DNA of 37,974 nucleotides. It comes from an uncultured Clostridium sp. GTDB lineage: Bacteria; Bacillota; Clostridia; TANB77; CAG-508. Shown here piece after piece: positions 1-10,196 of this stretch (position 1 is the stretch's first letter; every line of letters starts with the position of its first letter). Where the stretch lies: NCBI GenBank assembly GCA_964634355.1, contig CAZWIF010000004.1:1-37974 (forward strand), written 5' to 3'. A model generated the notes under the pieces. It did no database searches. It saw nothing but the letters and a program-made list of their open reading frames with translations, and was not told the DNA's origin. Position numbers and translations under genes: made by a program.

Positions 1-69
1 AAATTATTTACAAAAATAAAATTATATGATAAAACTTATATATAAATTGATGAAGGAGGGGCAATATAT

Positions 70-1794
70 ATGGAATATATAGAGAAATATGAACAATGGC
101 TGAATAATAAAATGTTTGACAAAAAAACTAGAGAAGAATTAGCAAGTATAAAAGATAATAAGGAAGAGATAAAAGATAGATTTTATAAAGATTTAGAATT
201 TGGAACAGGCGGATTGAGAGGAGTAATTGGAGCAGGAACTAATAGAATGAATTATTATACTGTTGGAAAAGCTACTCAAGGATTGGCAAATTTCATAATA
301 AAAGAGAATGGGCAGGGAAAAGGAGTAGCGATAGCATATGATTCAAGAAGAATGTCTCCTGAATTTGGAAAAAGAGCTGCCTTGATATTAAATGCTAATG
401 GAATTAAAACATATTTATTTGACTCATTAAGGCCAACTCCTGAATTATCTTTTACAGTTAGAGAATTAGGATGTATAGCAGGAATTGTTATAACTGCAAG
501 TCATAATCCTCCAGAATATAATGGATATAAAGTATATTGGGAAGACGGAGCTCAAATTACAGCTCCAAAGGATAAACAAATTATTACAGAAGTTAATAAT
601 ATCGAAGATTATGCTGACATAAAATTAATATCAGAAGAAGAAGCAACGAGAAAAGGCTTATTTAATATAATTGGAAAAGAAATTGACGATAGATATATGG
701 AGGAATTACATAAACTTGTATTAAATTCAGATGTTATAAAAGAAATGGCAAAAGATATAAAAATTGTTTATTCACCATTTCATGGAACTGGAAATATCCC
801 TGTTAGAAGAATTTTGCAAGAATTAGGTTTTGAAAAAGTATATGTTGTTCCTGAACAAGAATTACCAGATGGAGACTTTACAACTTTATCTTATCCAAAC
901 CCGGAGGATCCGAAAGCATTTGAACTAGCACTTAAATTAGCTAAAAAGGTAGACGCAGATATAGTTTTGGCAACAGATCCTGATGCAGATAGATTGGGTG
1001 TTTATGCTAAAGATACCAAAACTGGTGAATATAAATCTTTTACAGGAAATATGTCTGGACTTTTAATCGCTGAGTACGAATTAAGTCAAAAGAGAGAAAA
1101 AGGAATTCTACCTAAAAATGGAGCACTTATCAAAACTATAGTTTCTTCAAATATGGCAGACAAAATAGTTAAAGAATATAATATTGCATTGATTGAAGTA
1201 CTAACAGGATTTAAATATATAGGTGAACAGATAAAGTTGTTTGAACAAAATCATAAATATGAGTATTTATTTGGATATGAGGAAAGCTATGGATGTTTAG
1301 TAGGAACACATGCTAGGGACAAAGATGCAGTTGTAGCTGTAATGGCTCTTTGTGAAGCGGCAGCATTTTATAAGAAAAATGGATTAACCTTATGGGATCA
1401 AATGATAAATATATATGAAAAATATGGATATTATAAAGAAGATTTAGCAAGTATTACATTAAAAGGAGCAGATGGGGCTACAAAAATTCAGAATATGATG
1501 TCTGGACTTAGAAATGATCCACCAGTAAAAATTGGAGGATGGGATGTAATTGCTGTAAGAGATTATAGAATTCAAGAAAGAAAAGATACAAAAACAGGGG
1601 AAAAGACAAAGCTTGATTTGCCAGTATCAAATGTATTATATTATGAATTATCTGATGATGCATGGTGTTGTGTAAGGCCATCAGGAACTGAACCGAAAAT
1701 AAAATTCTACATAGGAGTTAGAGGAAAGAATTTAGAAGATTCAGAGAAAAAGGTTGAAACTTTAAAGAAAGAAATATTAAAATTAGTAGAATAG
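70..1794 (+). CDS. alpha-D-phosphohexomutase (phosphoglucomutase/phosphomannomutase, PgcA-like)
   Basis: 574-aa ORF with a GGAGGGG Shine-Dalgarno sequence (SD) upstream. It has the phosphoserine loop ITASHNPPEYNGYKVY, the Mg loop ATDPDADRLG, and the GYEESYG and RPSGTEPKIK loops typical of the family. Confidence 0.9.
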   Translation: MEYIEKYEQWLNNKMFDKKTREELASIKDNKEEIKDRFYKDLEFGTGGLRGVIGAGTNRMNYYTVGKATQGLANFIIKENGQGKGVAIAYDSRRMSPEFGKRAALILNANGIKTYLFDSLRPTPELSFTVRELGCIAGIVITASHNPPEYNGYKVYWEDGAQITAPKDKQIITEVNNIEDYADIKLISEEEATRKGLFNIIGKEIDDRYMEELHKLVLNSDVIKEMAKDIKIVYSPFHGTGNIPVRRILQELGFEKVYVVPEQELPDGDFTTLSYPNPEDPKAFELALKLAKKVDADIVLATDPDADRLGVYAKDTKTGEYKSFTGNMSGLLIAEYELSQKREKGILPKNGALIKTIVSSNMADKIVKEYNIALIEVLTGFKYIGEQIKLFEQNHKYEYLFGYEESYGCLVGTHARDKDAVVAVMALCEAAAFYKKNGLTLWDQMINIYEKYGYYKEDLASITLKGADGATKIQNMMSGLRNDPPVKIGGWDVIAVRDYRIQERKDTKTGEKTKLDLPVSNVLYYELSDDAWCCVRPSGTEPKIKFYIGVRGKNLEDSEKKVETLKKEILKLVE

Positions 1795-1805
1795 CACAGG
1801 AGATA

Positions 1806-1834
1806 TTTACAAAACTATAATAATATGTTATAAT
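1806..1834 (+). promoter_or_regulatory. candidate sigma-A promoter for manA
   Basis: TTTACA, 17 nt, TATAAT, with a TGn extended -10 (TGTTATAAT). Confidence 0.5.
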
Positions 1835-1873
1835 TTAATAAGTTATGTAAACAATTAGACCCAGAGGAGGAAA

Positions 1874-2821
1874 ATGATGGAACCAATCTTTTTTAAGCCA
1901 ACCTATAAACAAGTAGTATGGGGCGGAAACAATATAAAGAAATTTTTTAATAGAAATATAGAAGAAAATAATATAGGTGAAAGTTGGGAGCTATCTGCTC
2001 ATGCTAATGGATTAAGTCAAGTATTAAACGAATCATTTAATAATGAAAATTTATATGAATTATTTAATGATAAGAGTAAGAGAAAAGAGATATTTGGAAA
2101 TAAATGTTTGGAAATGGACAGATTTCCAATACTTGCAAAATTTATAGATGCACAAGACAATTTATCAATACAAGTTCATCCAAATGACGAATACGCAAAA
2201 AAATATGAAAATGATTCTGGGAAAAATGAAGTATGGTATATAATGGATTGTACAGATGATGCGAAAATAGTATATGGATTTAAAGATGAGATAAATCAAG
2301 AAAACCTAAGCAAAGCTGTAGATAATATAGAAGATAATGTAAAATATGTAAATGTGAAAAAAGGAGATTTTATATCAATACCTGCAGGAACTATCCATGC
2401 TATTTGTGGCGGAGTAATGATATGTGAAATTCAGCAGAGCAGTGATGTAACATATAGAGTATATGATTGGAATAGGACTGGTTTAGACGGAAAACCTAGA
2501 CAATTACATAAACAAAAAGCATTGGATGTAATTAATTTAAATAATAAGACAGAAATTTATAATTATTATAATTTAGATGATGAAGAAAATATATACAATT
2601 CAAATAATTTTAATATTGATATGTTAAATGTAAAAAATAATATTATAAAGACATCAAATGAAGAATCTTTTACAGCATATATAGTTATAGAAGGTAATGG
2701 GAGTGTAAAAACAAATAACTTTGAAAAAAACTTAGAAAGAGGAAGTGTATTCTTGATTCCAGCAAAATTAGGGACTTATACATTAGATGGCAATATGAAA
2801 TTAATGAAGGTATATTTATAA
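1874..2821 (+). CDS. manA: mannose-6-phosphate isomerase, class I
   Basis: 315-aa ORF preceded by a GAGGAGG SD. The cupin Zn-ligand blocks LSIQVHPNDEYA, NEVWYIM and GTIHAICGG match type I PMI. Confidence 0.9.
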   Translation: MMEPIFFKPTYKQVVWGGNNIKKFFNRNIEENNIGESWELSAHANGLSQVLNESFNNENLYELFNDKSKRKEIFGNKCLEMDRFPILAKFIDAQDNLSIQVHPNDEYAKKYENDSGKNEVWYIMDCTDDAKIVYGFKDEINQENLSKAVDNIEDNVKYVNVKKGDFISIPAGTIHAICGGVMICEIQQSSDVTYRVYDWNRTGLDGKPRQLHKQKALDVINLNNKTEIYNYYNLDDEENIYNSNNFNIDMLNVKNNIIKTSNEESFTAYIVIEGNGSVKTNNFEKNLERGSVFLIPAKLGTYTLDGNMKLMKVYL

Positions 2822-2834
2822 TATAAAATGTAAT

Positions 2835-2867
2835 ATGTAGGGGCACGGTGCACCGTGCCCTTTTGTA
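2835..2867. repeat. GC-rich palindromic element, copy 1 (core GGGCACGGTGCACCGTGCCC at 2841-2860), terminator-like, after manA
   Basis: Perfect 20-bp palindrome flanked by ATGTAG and TTTTGTAA, 20 nt after the manA stop. The core is identical to the copies at 10171 and 34199. Confidence 0.85.
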
Positions 2868-2990
2868 AATAAATATGATGAAAATAAATTATATAGATAC
2901 AAAAAGAGTTCTTGTATTTTTTAAAAATAATGGTATAATAAAAGAAAATTTTTAGAAGAATTATATAGAATAGAAAGGAAGAAATTTATT

Positions 2991-4124
2991 ATGAAAAAAG
3001 TAGCAATTTTAGCAAATGGTGGAGATGTAGCAGGCTTTAATGCTGTAATAAGAGGAATTGTTAAAACAGCAGAAAATCATGGAGTTGAATGTTATGGATA
3101 TATTGAAGGATATAAAGGGTTGTTAGAAAATAATTACATTAAACTTGATTCAGCTACTACAGCGTCAGGAATTTTGCATAAAGGAGGATCAATTATTGGA
3201 TCTTCAACAAATTCTAATGTATTCCATTATAAATCTGAAGAAGATGGAAAAATAGTATACAAAGATTTATCTGATATATGTGTTAAAAATTTCAAAGAGG
3301 CTGGATTTGAATGTCTATTTACATTAGGAGGAGATGGTACACAAAAGTCTGCAAGAGATTTATCATTAAAAGGAATACAGGTGATAGGTGTTCCAAAAAC
3401 AATAGATAATGATGTGGCTTGTACAGACATTACTTTTGGATATAATACAGCAGTATCAGTTGCAATGGAAGCTCTTGATAGGTTACATTCTACAGGAGAA
3501 ACACATCATAGAGTAATGGTACTAGAAGTAATGGGAAGATATGCTGGATGGATAGCACTAGAAGCTGCGATAGCCGGTGGAGGAGACGTTGCACTAATAC
3601 CAGAAATTCCATATGATTTAAATAAAGTGGCAGAAAAAATAAAAGAGAGGATAAAAGTAGGAAAAAGATTTAGTCTTGTAGTTGTAGCAGAAGGAGCTAT
3701 GCCAATAAATGGAAATATAACAATTAAAGGTACAAGAGATAATGGAGTAGGTGTTGATAATACAAAACTTGGTGGAGTTGGAGAAAGAGTAGCAAAGCAA
3801 CTAGAAAAATTAACAGGATTAGAGGCTAGAAATACAACATTAGGTTATATGCAAAGAGGAGGAACTCCTACAGCATATGATAGAGTACTTTCAACAAAAT
3901 ATGGTTCAAAAGCAATGGATTTAGCATTAGAAGGAAAGTTTGGAGTATTAGCTGTATTAAAAAATGGAAAATTAGATTCAGTAGCACTAGAAGATGTTGT
4001 GGGAAATAATAAAGAGATTGGTGCTGTATCTGGAAATACAGAAAACAGCAACATAAGAAGAGTTACAATGGACGATGATTTAGTAAAGACAGCAAGAAAT
4101 ATTGGAATTTCACTAGGAGATTAA
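2991..4124 (+). CDS. pfk: 6-phosphofructokinase (long form; phosphoryl donor ambiguous)
   Basis: 377 aa with NGGDVAGFNAVIRG, TLGGDGTQKSA, GVPKTIDNDV and MGRYAGWIAL, the PFK-A family signatures. Confidence 0.9.
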   Translation: MKKVAILANGGDVAGFNAVIRGIVKTAENHGVECYGYIEGYKGLLENNYIKLDSATTASGILHKGGSIIGSSTNSNVFHYKSEEDGKIVYKDLSDICVKNFKEAGFECLFTLGGDGTQKSARDLSLKGIQVIGVPKTIDNDVACTDITFGYNTAVSVAMEALDRLHSTGETHHRVMVLEVMGRYAGWIALEAAIAGGGDVALIPEIPYDLNKVAEKIKERIKVGKRFSLVVVAEGAMPINGNITIKGTRDNGVGVDNTKLGGVGERVAKQLEKLTGLEARNTTLGYMQRGGTPTAYDRVLSTKYGSKAMDLALEGKFGVLAVLKNGKLDSVALEDVVGNNKEIGAVSGNTENSNIRRVTMDDDLVKTARNIGISLGD

Positions 4125-4145
4125 TATATAAAAATATATATTTTT

Positions 4146-4170
4146 GGGGGGCACGGGACACCGTGCCCAT
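4146..4170. repeat. GC-rich palindromic element, copy 2 (core 4149-4168, loop variant GACA), after pfk
   Basis: GGGCACGG-GACA-CCGTGCCC has the same 8-bp arms as the other copies and differs only in the 4 central bases. It lies 25 nt after the pfk stop. Confidence 0.8.
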
Positions 4171-4193
4171 TGTGCCATATTTTTTGAGAGAAC

Positions 4194-4222
4194 TTGCGTA
4201 TCGTTAATGTTTGTGGTATACT
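4194..4222 (+). promoter_or_regulatory. candidate sigma-A promoter for argS
   Basis: TTGCGT, 17 nt, TATACT, with an extended -10 TGG, downstream of palindrome copy 2. Confidence 0.5.
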
Positions 4223-4308
4223 TGATATACATTATTATAGAAATTGAGGAAAGGGCATGCTGTACATTAAGCCCTTACAATAATTAAAACTAAGAAAGGA
4301 AATGTAAG

Positions 4309-6021
4309 ATGATTGATTTTAAAATAGAAATTGCAAAAATGATTAGTGAATGTACAGATATTAATGCTGAAGAATTAAATGCATACATAGAAATTCCACC
4401 AGAAGAAAATATGGGAGACTATGCATTTCCTTGTTTTAAACTAGCAAAATCTTTAAAAAAAGCACCACCAATTATAGCAAACGAGATAAAGGAGAATATA
4501 AAAATTAATGAGAAAATAATTAGCAAAATTGAAATTGTTGGAGGATATTTAAATTTTTATATTAATAAAAATACTCTGATAGAACAAGTTCTCACAGAAA
4601 TGGAGATTAAAAATTTAGAATATGGAAAATCTAATATAGGAGAAGGAAAAAATATAGTTATAGATTATTCAGCCCCAAATATTGCAAAACCTTTCCATAT
4701 AGGACACTTGCGCTCAACTGTAATAGGAGCTGCCTTGTATAATATTTACAAACATTTAGGGTATAATGTAATAGGAATAAATCATTTGGGAGATTATGGA
4801 ACACAATTTGGAAAAATGATAGAAGGATACAAATTGTGGGGAGATGAATATAATTTAAATGAGAATCCAATTGAGAAATTAACTGACATTTATGTTAGAA
4901 TCAATAATCTTTGCAAAGAAGATGAAAATGTACTTAATGAGTGTAGAGACAATTTTAAAAAATTAGAAGATGGAGACGAATATTGTACAAAATTATGGAA
5001 AACATTTAAAGAATTAAGTTTAAAGGAATTTCAGAAAGTATATGATTTACTAGGAACTAAATTTGATTCTTGGAATGGAGAGGCATTCTATACAGATAAA
5101 ATGCCAGAGGTTATGGAAAAGCTAGAAGAGTCAGGAAGATTAGAGGAATCAGATGGAGCGAAAATAGTGAATCTTGAAAAGGCAGGGATTACTACTCCAA
5201 TAATAATAGAAAAATCAAATGGCTCATCAACATATGCGACACGTGATTTAGCTGCTATTCTATATAGAGCCCGTACGTATGATTTTGATAAAGCACTATA
5301 TGTTACTTCATATGAACAAAACTTACATTTCAAACAGGTATTTGAGACAGCAAAATTACTTGGAATAGATAAAAAATATATAGATGGACTAAAACATGTT
5401 GCCTTCGGTATGGTATTACTAAAAACAGGAAAAATGTCAACAAGAGAAGGAAATATTATAAAGCTCGAAGAATTACTAAATGAAGCTATTTCAAGAGCAA
5501 AATCAATAATAGAGGAGAAAAATCCAAATCTTGAAAATAAAGAAGAAACAGCAAAAAAAGTTGGTATAGGTGCGGTTATATTTAATGATTTAGCTAATAG
5601 CAGAATAAAGGATGAAATATTTGATTGGGATGCAATTTTAAATTTTCAAGGTGAAACTGGACCATATATTCAATATATTTATGTTAGAACGAAAAGTATA
5701 TTGGATAGTATTGAAGAAATGCCTATAGTACAAGAAATTAATATAGAAGAATTACAAAGTGATGAAGCGATAAAAATTATAAAACTAATATATCAATTCG
5801 AAGATACATTGAAAAATGTAGTTATAAAAAATGAACCTTCAATTCTTTCAAGATATTTAATAAACCTTGCACAAGAGTATAGCTCATATTATAATTTAAA
5901 TAAGATTTTAGATGATGATACAGAAAAGAGACAAGCTAGACTTTATTTAACATATATGGTAGGAAATGTATTAAAAATTGGAGCAAATCTATTAGGAATA
6001 AAAATGCCAGAAAAAATGTAA
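4309..6021 (+). CDS. argS: arginine--tRNA ligase
   Basis: 570 aa. It has the class I HIGH motif (PFHIGHLRST), the ArgS-type KMSK variant (GKMSTREG) and a C-terminal anticodon-binding region. Confidence 0.95.
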   Translation: MIDFKIEIAKMISECTDINAEELNAYIEIPPEENMGDYAFPCFKLAKSLKKAPPIIANEIKENIKINEKIISKIEIVGGYLNFYINKNTLIEQVLTEMEIKNLEYGKSNIGEGKNIVIDYSAPNIAKPFHIGHLRSTVIGAALYNIYKHLGYNVIGINHLGDYGTQFGKMIEGYKLWGDEYNLNENPIEKLTDIYVRINNLCKEDENVLNECRDNFKKLEDGDEYCTKLWKTFKELSLKEFQKVYDLLGTKFDSWNGEAFYTDKMPEVMEKLEESGRLEESDGAKIVNLEKAGITTPIIIEKSNGSSTYATRDLAAILYRARTYDFDKALYVTSYEQNLHFKQVFETAKLLGIDKKYIDGLKHVAFGMVLLKTGKMSTREGNIIKLEELLNEAISRAKSIIEEKNPNLENKEETAKKVGIGAVIFNDLANSRIKDEIFDWDAILNFQGETGPYIQYIYVRTKSILDSIEEMPIVQEINIEELQSDEAIKIIKLIYQFEDTLKNVVIKNEPSILSRYLINLAQEYSSYYNLNKILDDDTEKRQARLYLTYMVGNVLKIGANLLGIKMPEKM

Positions 6022-6025
6022 AAAA

Positions 6026-7177
6026 ATGCAGAATTCAGTTGATAAAAAAATAGTTATAAGATATAATGTAAAAAATGTTAAAGGAATGAGTAAAACTATG
6101 GATAAGATAAACAATGAAAACAAAAAGGCGGCAAAACACGCAGAAACTAGTGTTAAGAAAAGAAAAAAGAACAAGATACTAAGGATTATTGTTAAAATAA
6201 TATTAGTATTAATAATAGCAATAATAATTATGTTAGGAGTTCTTGCAGGATATATATATAGTAAACTGTCTAAAATAGATTACCAAGGTGAGGCTCTAAA
6301 CAATGTTGAAGTAAATGAAGGAATAGAAAATACAGGATATTTGAATATTGCTTTGTTTGGAATAGATGCAAGGAGTAATGAGTATGATACAAATGCTGGA
6401 AGTGATTGTATACTGATAATTAGTATAAACAGAGAAACAAAGGAAGTGAAAATGGTTTCTGTATATAGAGACTCATATCTATCATATGAAAATGGAAAAT
6501 ATGATAAAATTACAGATATTTATAGACGTTATGGAGTGGAAACGGCATTAACTACTTTAAATAGAAATTTAGATTTGGATATCACAGAATATGTAACTGT
6601 AAATTTTGAAGTTGTAGTAGATGTGATAAATGCTGTTGGAGGAATAGAAATGGAAATAACTTCAGCAGATTTAAAATATATCAATCCATATATTACAGAG
6701 ATTATTAATGTTACTGGTACAAAATCTTCAAAATTAACCAAAACAGGAACATATACCTTGGATGGTGTACAAGCTTTAGCATATGCAAGGATAAGATATA
6801 TAGGAACAGATATAAATAGAACAGAAAGACAAAGAGAAGTTTTAATGAAAACTTTTGATAAGGTAAAACAAATGAATCTAACAACTATTAATAGCTTAAT
6901 TGATACTGTTTTGCCTGAAGTAGTTACAAGTTTAAGTAAAACAGAAATATTGTCATTAGCATCAGGAGCGCTACAGTACAATATTACAGGGAGTTCAGGT
7001 TTTCCTTATGAATGGACAGATTATCAACCATCAACTATATATTATCTTGCACCAGTAAACTTAGAGGCAAATGTTGTAACACTTCATGAAGAATTATTTA
7101 GCGAGGAAGATTATCAAGCGTCTGATGTTGTAAAAAATATTAGTGATACTTTGATTAAAAAAACAGGAATAAAGTAA
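6026..7177 (+). CDS. LytR-CpsA-Psr (LCP) family glycopolymer-to-cell-wall ligase
   Basis: A Lys-rich N terminus and a single TM helix (ILRIIVKIILVLIIAIIIMLGVLAGYIY) precede the extracellular LCP core (NIALFGIDARS ... DCILIISINRETKEVKMVSVYRDSY). The true start may be an internal ATG at 6086 or 6098. Confidence 0.85.
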   Translation: MQNSVDKKIVIRYNVKNVKGMSKTMDKINNENKKAAKHAETSVKKRKKNKILRIIVKIILVLIIAIIIMLGVLAGYIYSKLSKIDYQGEALNNVEVNEGIENTGYLNIALFGIDARSNEYDTNAGSDCILIISINRETKEVKMVSVYRDSYLSYENGKYDKITDIYRRYGVETALTTLNRNLDLDITEYVTVNFEVVVDVINAVGGIEMEITSADLKYINPYITEIINVTGTKSSKLTKTGTYTLDGVQALAYARIRYIGTDINRTERQREVLMKTFDKVKQMNLTTINSLIDTVLPEVVTSLSKTEILSLASGALQYNITGSSGFPYEWTDYQPSTIYYLAPVNLEANVVTLHEELFSEEDYQASDVVKNISDTLIKKTGIK

Positions 7178-7179
7178 TA

Positions 7180-7887
7180 ATGAATATAGGAGGAAAAACA
7201 GTGGAAATAAATGATACAACAACAATATGTATTAATAAAAAAACTGTTGATGTATGTATGAAGGCAAGTCGTATTAGTAAAATATCCAAAAGAATATTAG
7301 ATATATTAGCAGGTATTATTGGAATTATTATTTTAATGCCATTATCTATATGTATAAAAATTGCTAATATATTTTCGAAAGATAAAGGATCAATATTCTT
7401 TGTTCAAGATAGAATAGGAAAAAACGGAAAAATATTTAGAATGTATAAATATAGAACTATGATAGTAGGAGCAGAAGAAGAACTTGAAAAATTACTATCA
7501 GAGAATGAAGAAATGAGAAAAGAATATGAAGTAAATAAAAAAATTAAGGATGACCCAAGAATAACGAATATTGGAAAAATTTTAAGAAAGGCAAGCTTGG
7601 ATGAGTTTCCACAGTTTATTAATATACTAAAGGGAGAAATGAGCTTAGTTGGTCCTAGACCATATCTTGAAAGAGAAATAAAAGACATGGGAGATTCTTA
7701 TAATAAAATTATTCTATTAAAACCAGGATTAACAGGATTATGGCAAACTTCTGGAAGAAGTGATATAAACTTTAATGATAGAGTAAAACTAGATGTGGAA
7801 TATTATAACAACAATTCTTTTTGGGGAGATATAAAAATTATATTCAAAACAGTAACGACAGTATTAAATAGAAAAGGAGCAGTTTAA
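7180..7887 (+). CDS. small monotopic phosphoglycosyl transferase (bacterial sugar transferase, PglC/WbaP-C-terminal type); priming enzyme
   Basis: It has a re-entrant helix, FFVQDRIGKNGKIFRMYKYRTM and DEFPQFINILKGEMSLVGPRP. The likely real start is GTG 7201, 7 nt after an AGGAGG SD. Confidence 0.9.
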   Translation: MNIGGKTVEINDTTTICINKKTVDVCMKASRISKISKRILDILAGIIGIIILMPLSICIKIANIFSKDKGSIFFVQDRIGKNGKIFRMYKYRTMIVGAEEELEKLLSENEEMRKEYEVNKKIKDDPRITNIGKILRKASLDEFPQFINILKGEMSLVGPRPYLEREIKDMGDSYNKIILLKPGLTGLWQTSGRSDINFNDRVKLDVEYYNNNSFWGDIKIIFKTVTTVLNRKGAV

Positions 7888-7892
7888 TATAT

Positions 7893-7920
7893 AGACGACC
7901 TTAAAATTTTAAGGTCGTCT
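7893..7920. terminator. intrinsic (bidirectional-looking) terminator after the priming transferase
   Basis: AGACGACCTTAAAATTTTAAGGTCGTCT is a perfect palindrome 6 nt after the stop, embedded in ATATAT flanks and followed by T-rich sequence. Confidence 0.7.
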
Positions 7921-7980
7921 ATATATTTCATTTCATTAAAATTCTTTGTAAAATAATAGATAAAAAAATCTAAAAATAGG

Positions 7981-8010
7981 TTGACTTTTTAATAAGATTA
8001 TATATATAAT
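7981..8010 (+). promoter_or_regulatory. near-consensus sigma-A promoter for the manC-gmd glycan operon
   Basis: TTGACT, 18 nt, TATAAT, placed directly after the 7893-7920 terminator and about 35 nt before the manC SD. Confidence 0.65.
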
Positions 8011-8042
8011 ACAAGAGTATATTACATTTTAAGAAAAGGAGT

Positions 8043-9104
8043 ATGTATATGCTATGTTCACTAATTATGGCGGGGGGAAAAGGCACTAGATTTTGGCCAG
8101 AGTCTACGTCTAAAAAACCAAAACAGTTTTTGAGTTTGATAAGCGAAAAAACGATGATACAAATGACTGTTGAGAGAGTAAAAAAAATAATGAGTATAGA
8201 TAAAATTTTTATTGTAACAGCAGAAAGATATAAATGGTTAGTTTCAGAACAGATACCTGAATTACCAGAAAAAAATATAATAATAGAACCAATGGGAATG
8301 AATACAGCTCCATGTATTCTATTATCAACTTTGTATATAAGGCAGATATTTAAAGATGCAACTATTGCAGTATTATCTTCTGATGCAGCAATAGATGATA
8401 ATGATGCCTTTTGCAAAGATTTATTGTTAGGAGAAAAATTTATAGAAAAAGAAGAAAAAGATGCAATAGTTACTATAGGGATAACACCAAATAGACCAGA
8501 AATAGGATATGGATATATAAAATATCCATTAAATGAAAAGAATAAATTGATAAAAAAACCTATAAAAATTGAAAGATTTGTTGAAAAGCCAAATTTAGAA
8601 AAAGCAAAAGAGTATCTTGAAGCGGGTAACTATCTGTGGAACGCAGGTATTTTCATTTTTAATGCAGAAACAATATTAAGAGAATTTGAAAAGAGATGTA
8701 AAGATACATATAGGATTTTAAAAGATTTACCAGCTATAGATAATCCTAAATATATGGATAACTTGAAGGAAAGATATGCTTTGTGTGAATCCATATCTAT
8801 AGATTATGCAATTATGGAAAAGTCAAAGGCTGTTTATGTAATTCCAGGTGATTTTGGCTGGGATGATGTTGGAACATGGGCTGCTTTAAAAAGATATATA
8901 ATTCCAGATGAGGATAATAATTACATTAAAGGAAATGTGGATGTGTATGATTCAAAAGAAAATATTGTATATACAGGAAACAAGAAAGTCATTCTTTTGG
9001 GAATTGAAAACGTTTTTTGCATAAATTCAGAAGATGCTATAATAATAGGAAATAAGGAAAATTTATCAGAAGTTCATGAACTTAGAAAAAAATACGATTT
9101 TTAG
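8043..9104 (+). CDS. manC: mannose-1-phosphate guanylyltransferase (no PMI domain)
   Basis: N-terminal IMAGGKGTRFWPES nucleotidyltransferase signature. The likely start is ATG 8049, 8 nt after an AAGGAG SD. It follows a consensus promoter. Confidence 0.9.
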   Translation: MYMLCSLIMAGGKGTRFWPESTSKKPKQFLSLISEKTMIQMTVERVKKIMSIDKIFIVTAERYKWLVSEQIPELPEKNIIIEPMGMNTAPCILLSTLYIRQIFKDATIAVLSSDAAIDDNDAFCKDLLLGEKFIEKEEKDAIVTIGITPNRPEIGYGYIKYPLNEKNKLIKKPIKIERFVEKPNLEKAKEYLEAGNYLWNAGIFIFNAETILREFEKRCKDTYRILKDLPAIDNPKYMDNLKERYALCESISIDYAIMEKSKAVYVIPGDFGWDDVGTWAALKRYIIPDEDNNYIKGNVDVYDSKENIVYTGNKKVILLGIENVFCINSEDAIIIGNKENLSEVHELRKKYDF

Positions 9105-10133
<1,029 letters not shown>

Positions 10134-10164
10134 TCACATATAAATAATTTAATATATGGAAAAT

Positions 10165-10196
10165 ATGTAGGGGCACGGTGCACCGTGCCCTTGTAA
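10165..10196. repeat. GC-rich palindromic element, copy 3 (core 10171-10190), between gmd and the rmd-like gene
   Basis: The core and flanks (ATGTAG ... TTGTAA) are identical to copy 1. It sits in the only sizeable gap between manC and the fusion gene. Confidence 0.85.

Noticed and set aside
4125-4308. Looked for a T-box leader upstream of argS, as is common for aminoacyl-tRNA synthetase genes in Firmicutes.
   Set aside because: The spacer is only about 185 nt, and part of it is the pfk-side palindrome and a promoter. I found no AGAGA or GNUGGNA-type T-box sequence, and no specifier-loop or antiterminator arrangement.
6529-6981. Other antisense ORFs of 140-150 aa (6529-6981, 7970-8416, 33007-33435, 34482-34907, 35581-36003) and many of 60-100 aa.
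   Set aside because: All are embedded opposite confidently identified genes and have skewed hydrophobic, low-complexity composition with no family motifs. They are typical frame shadows.
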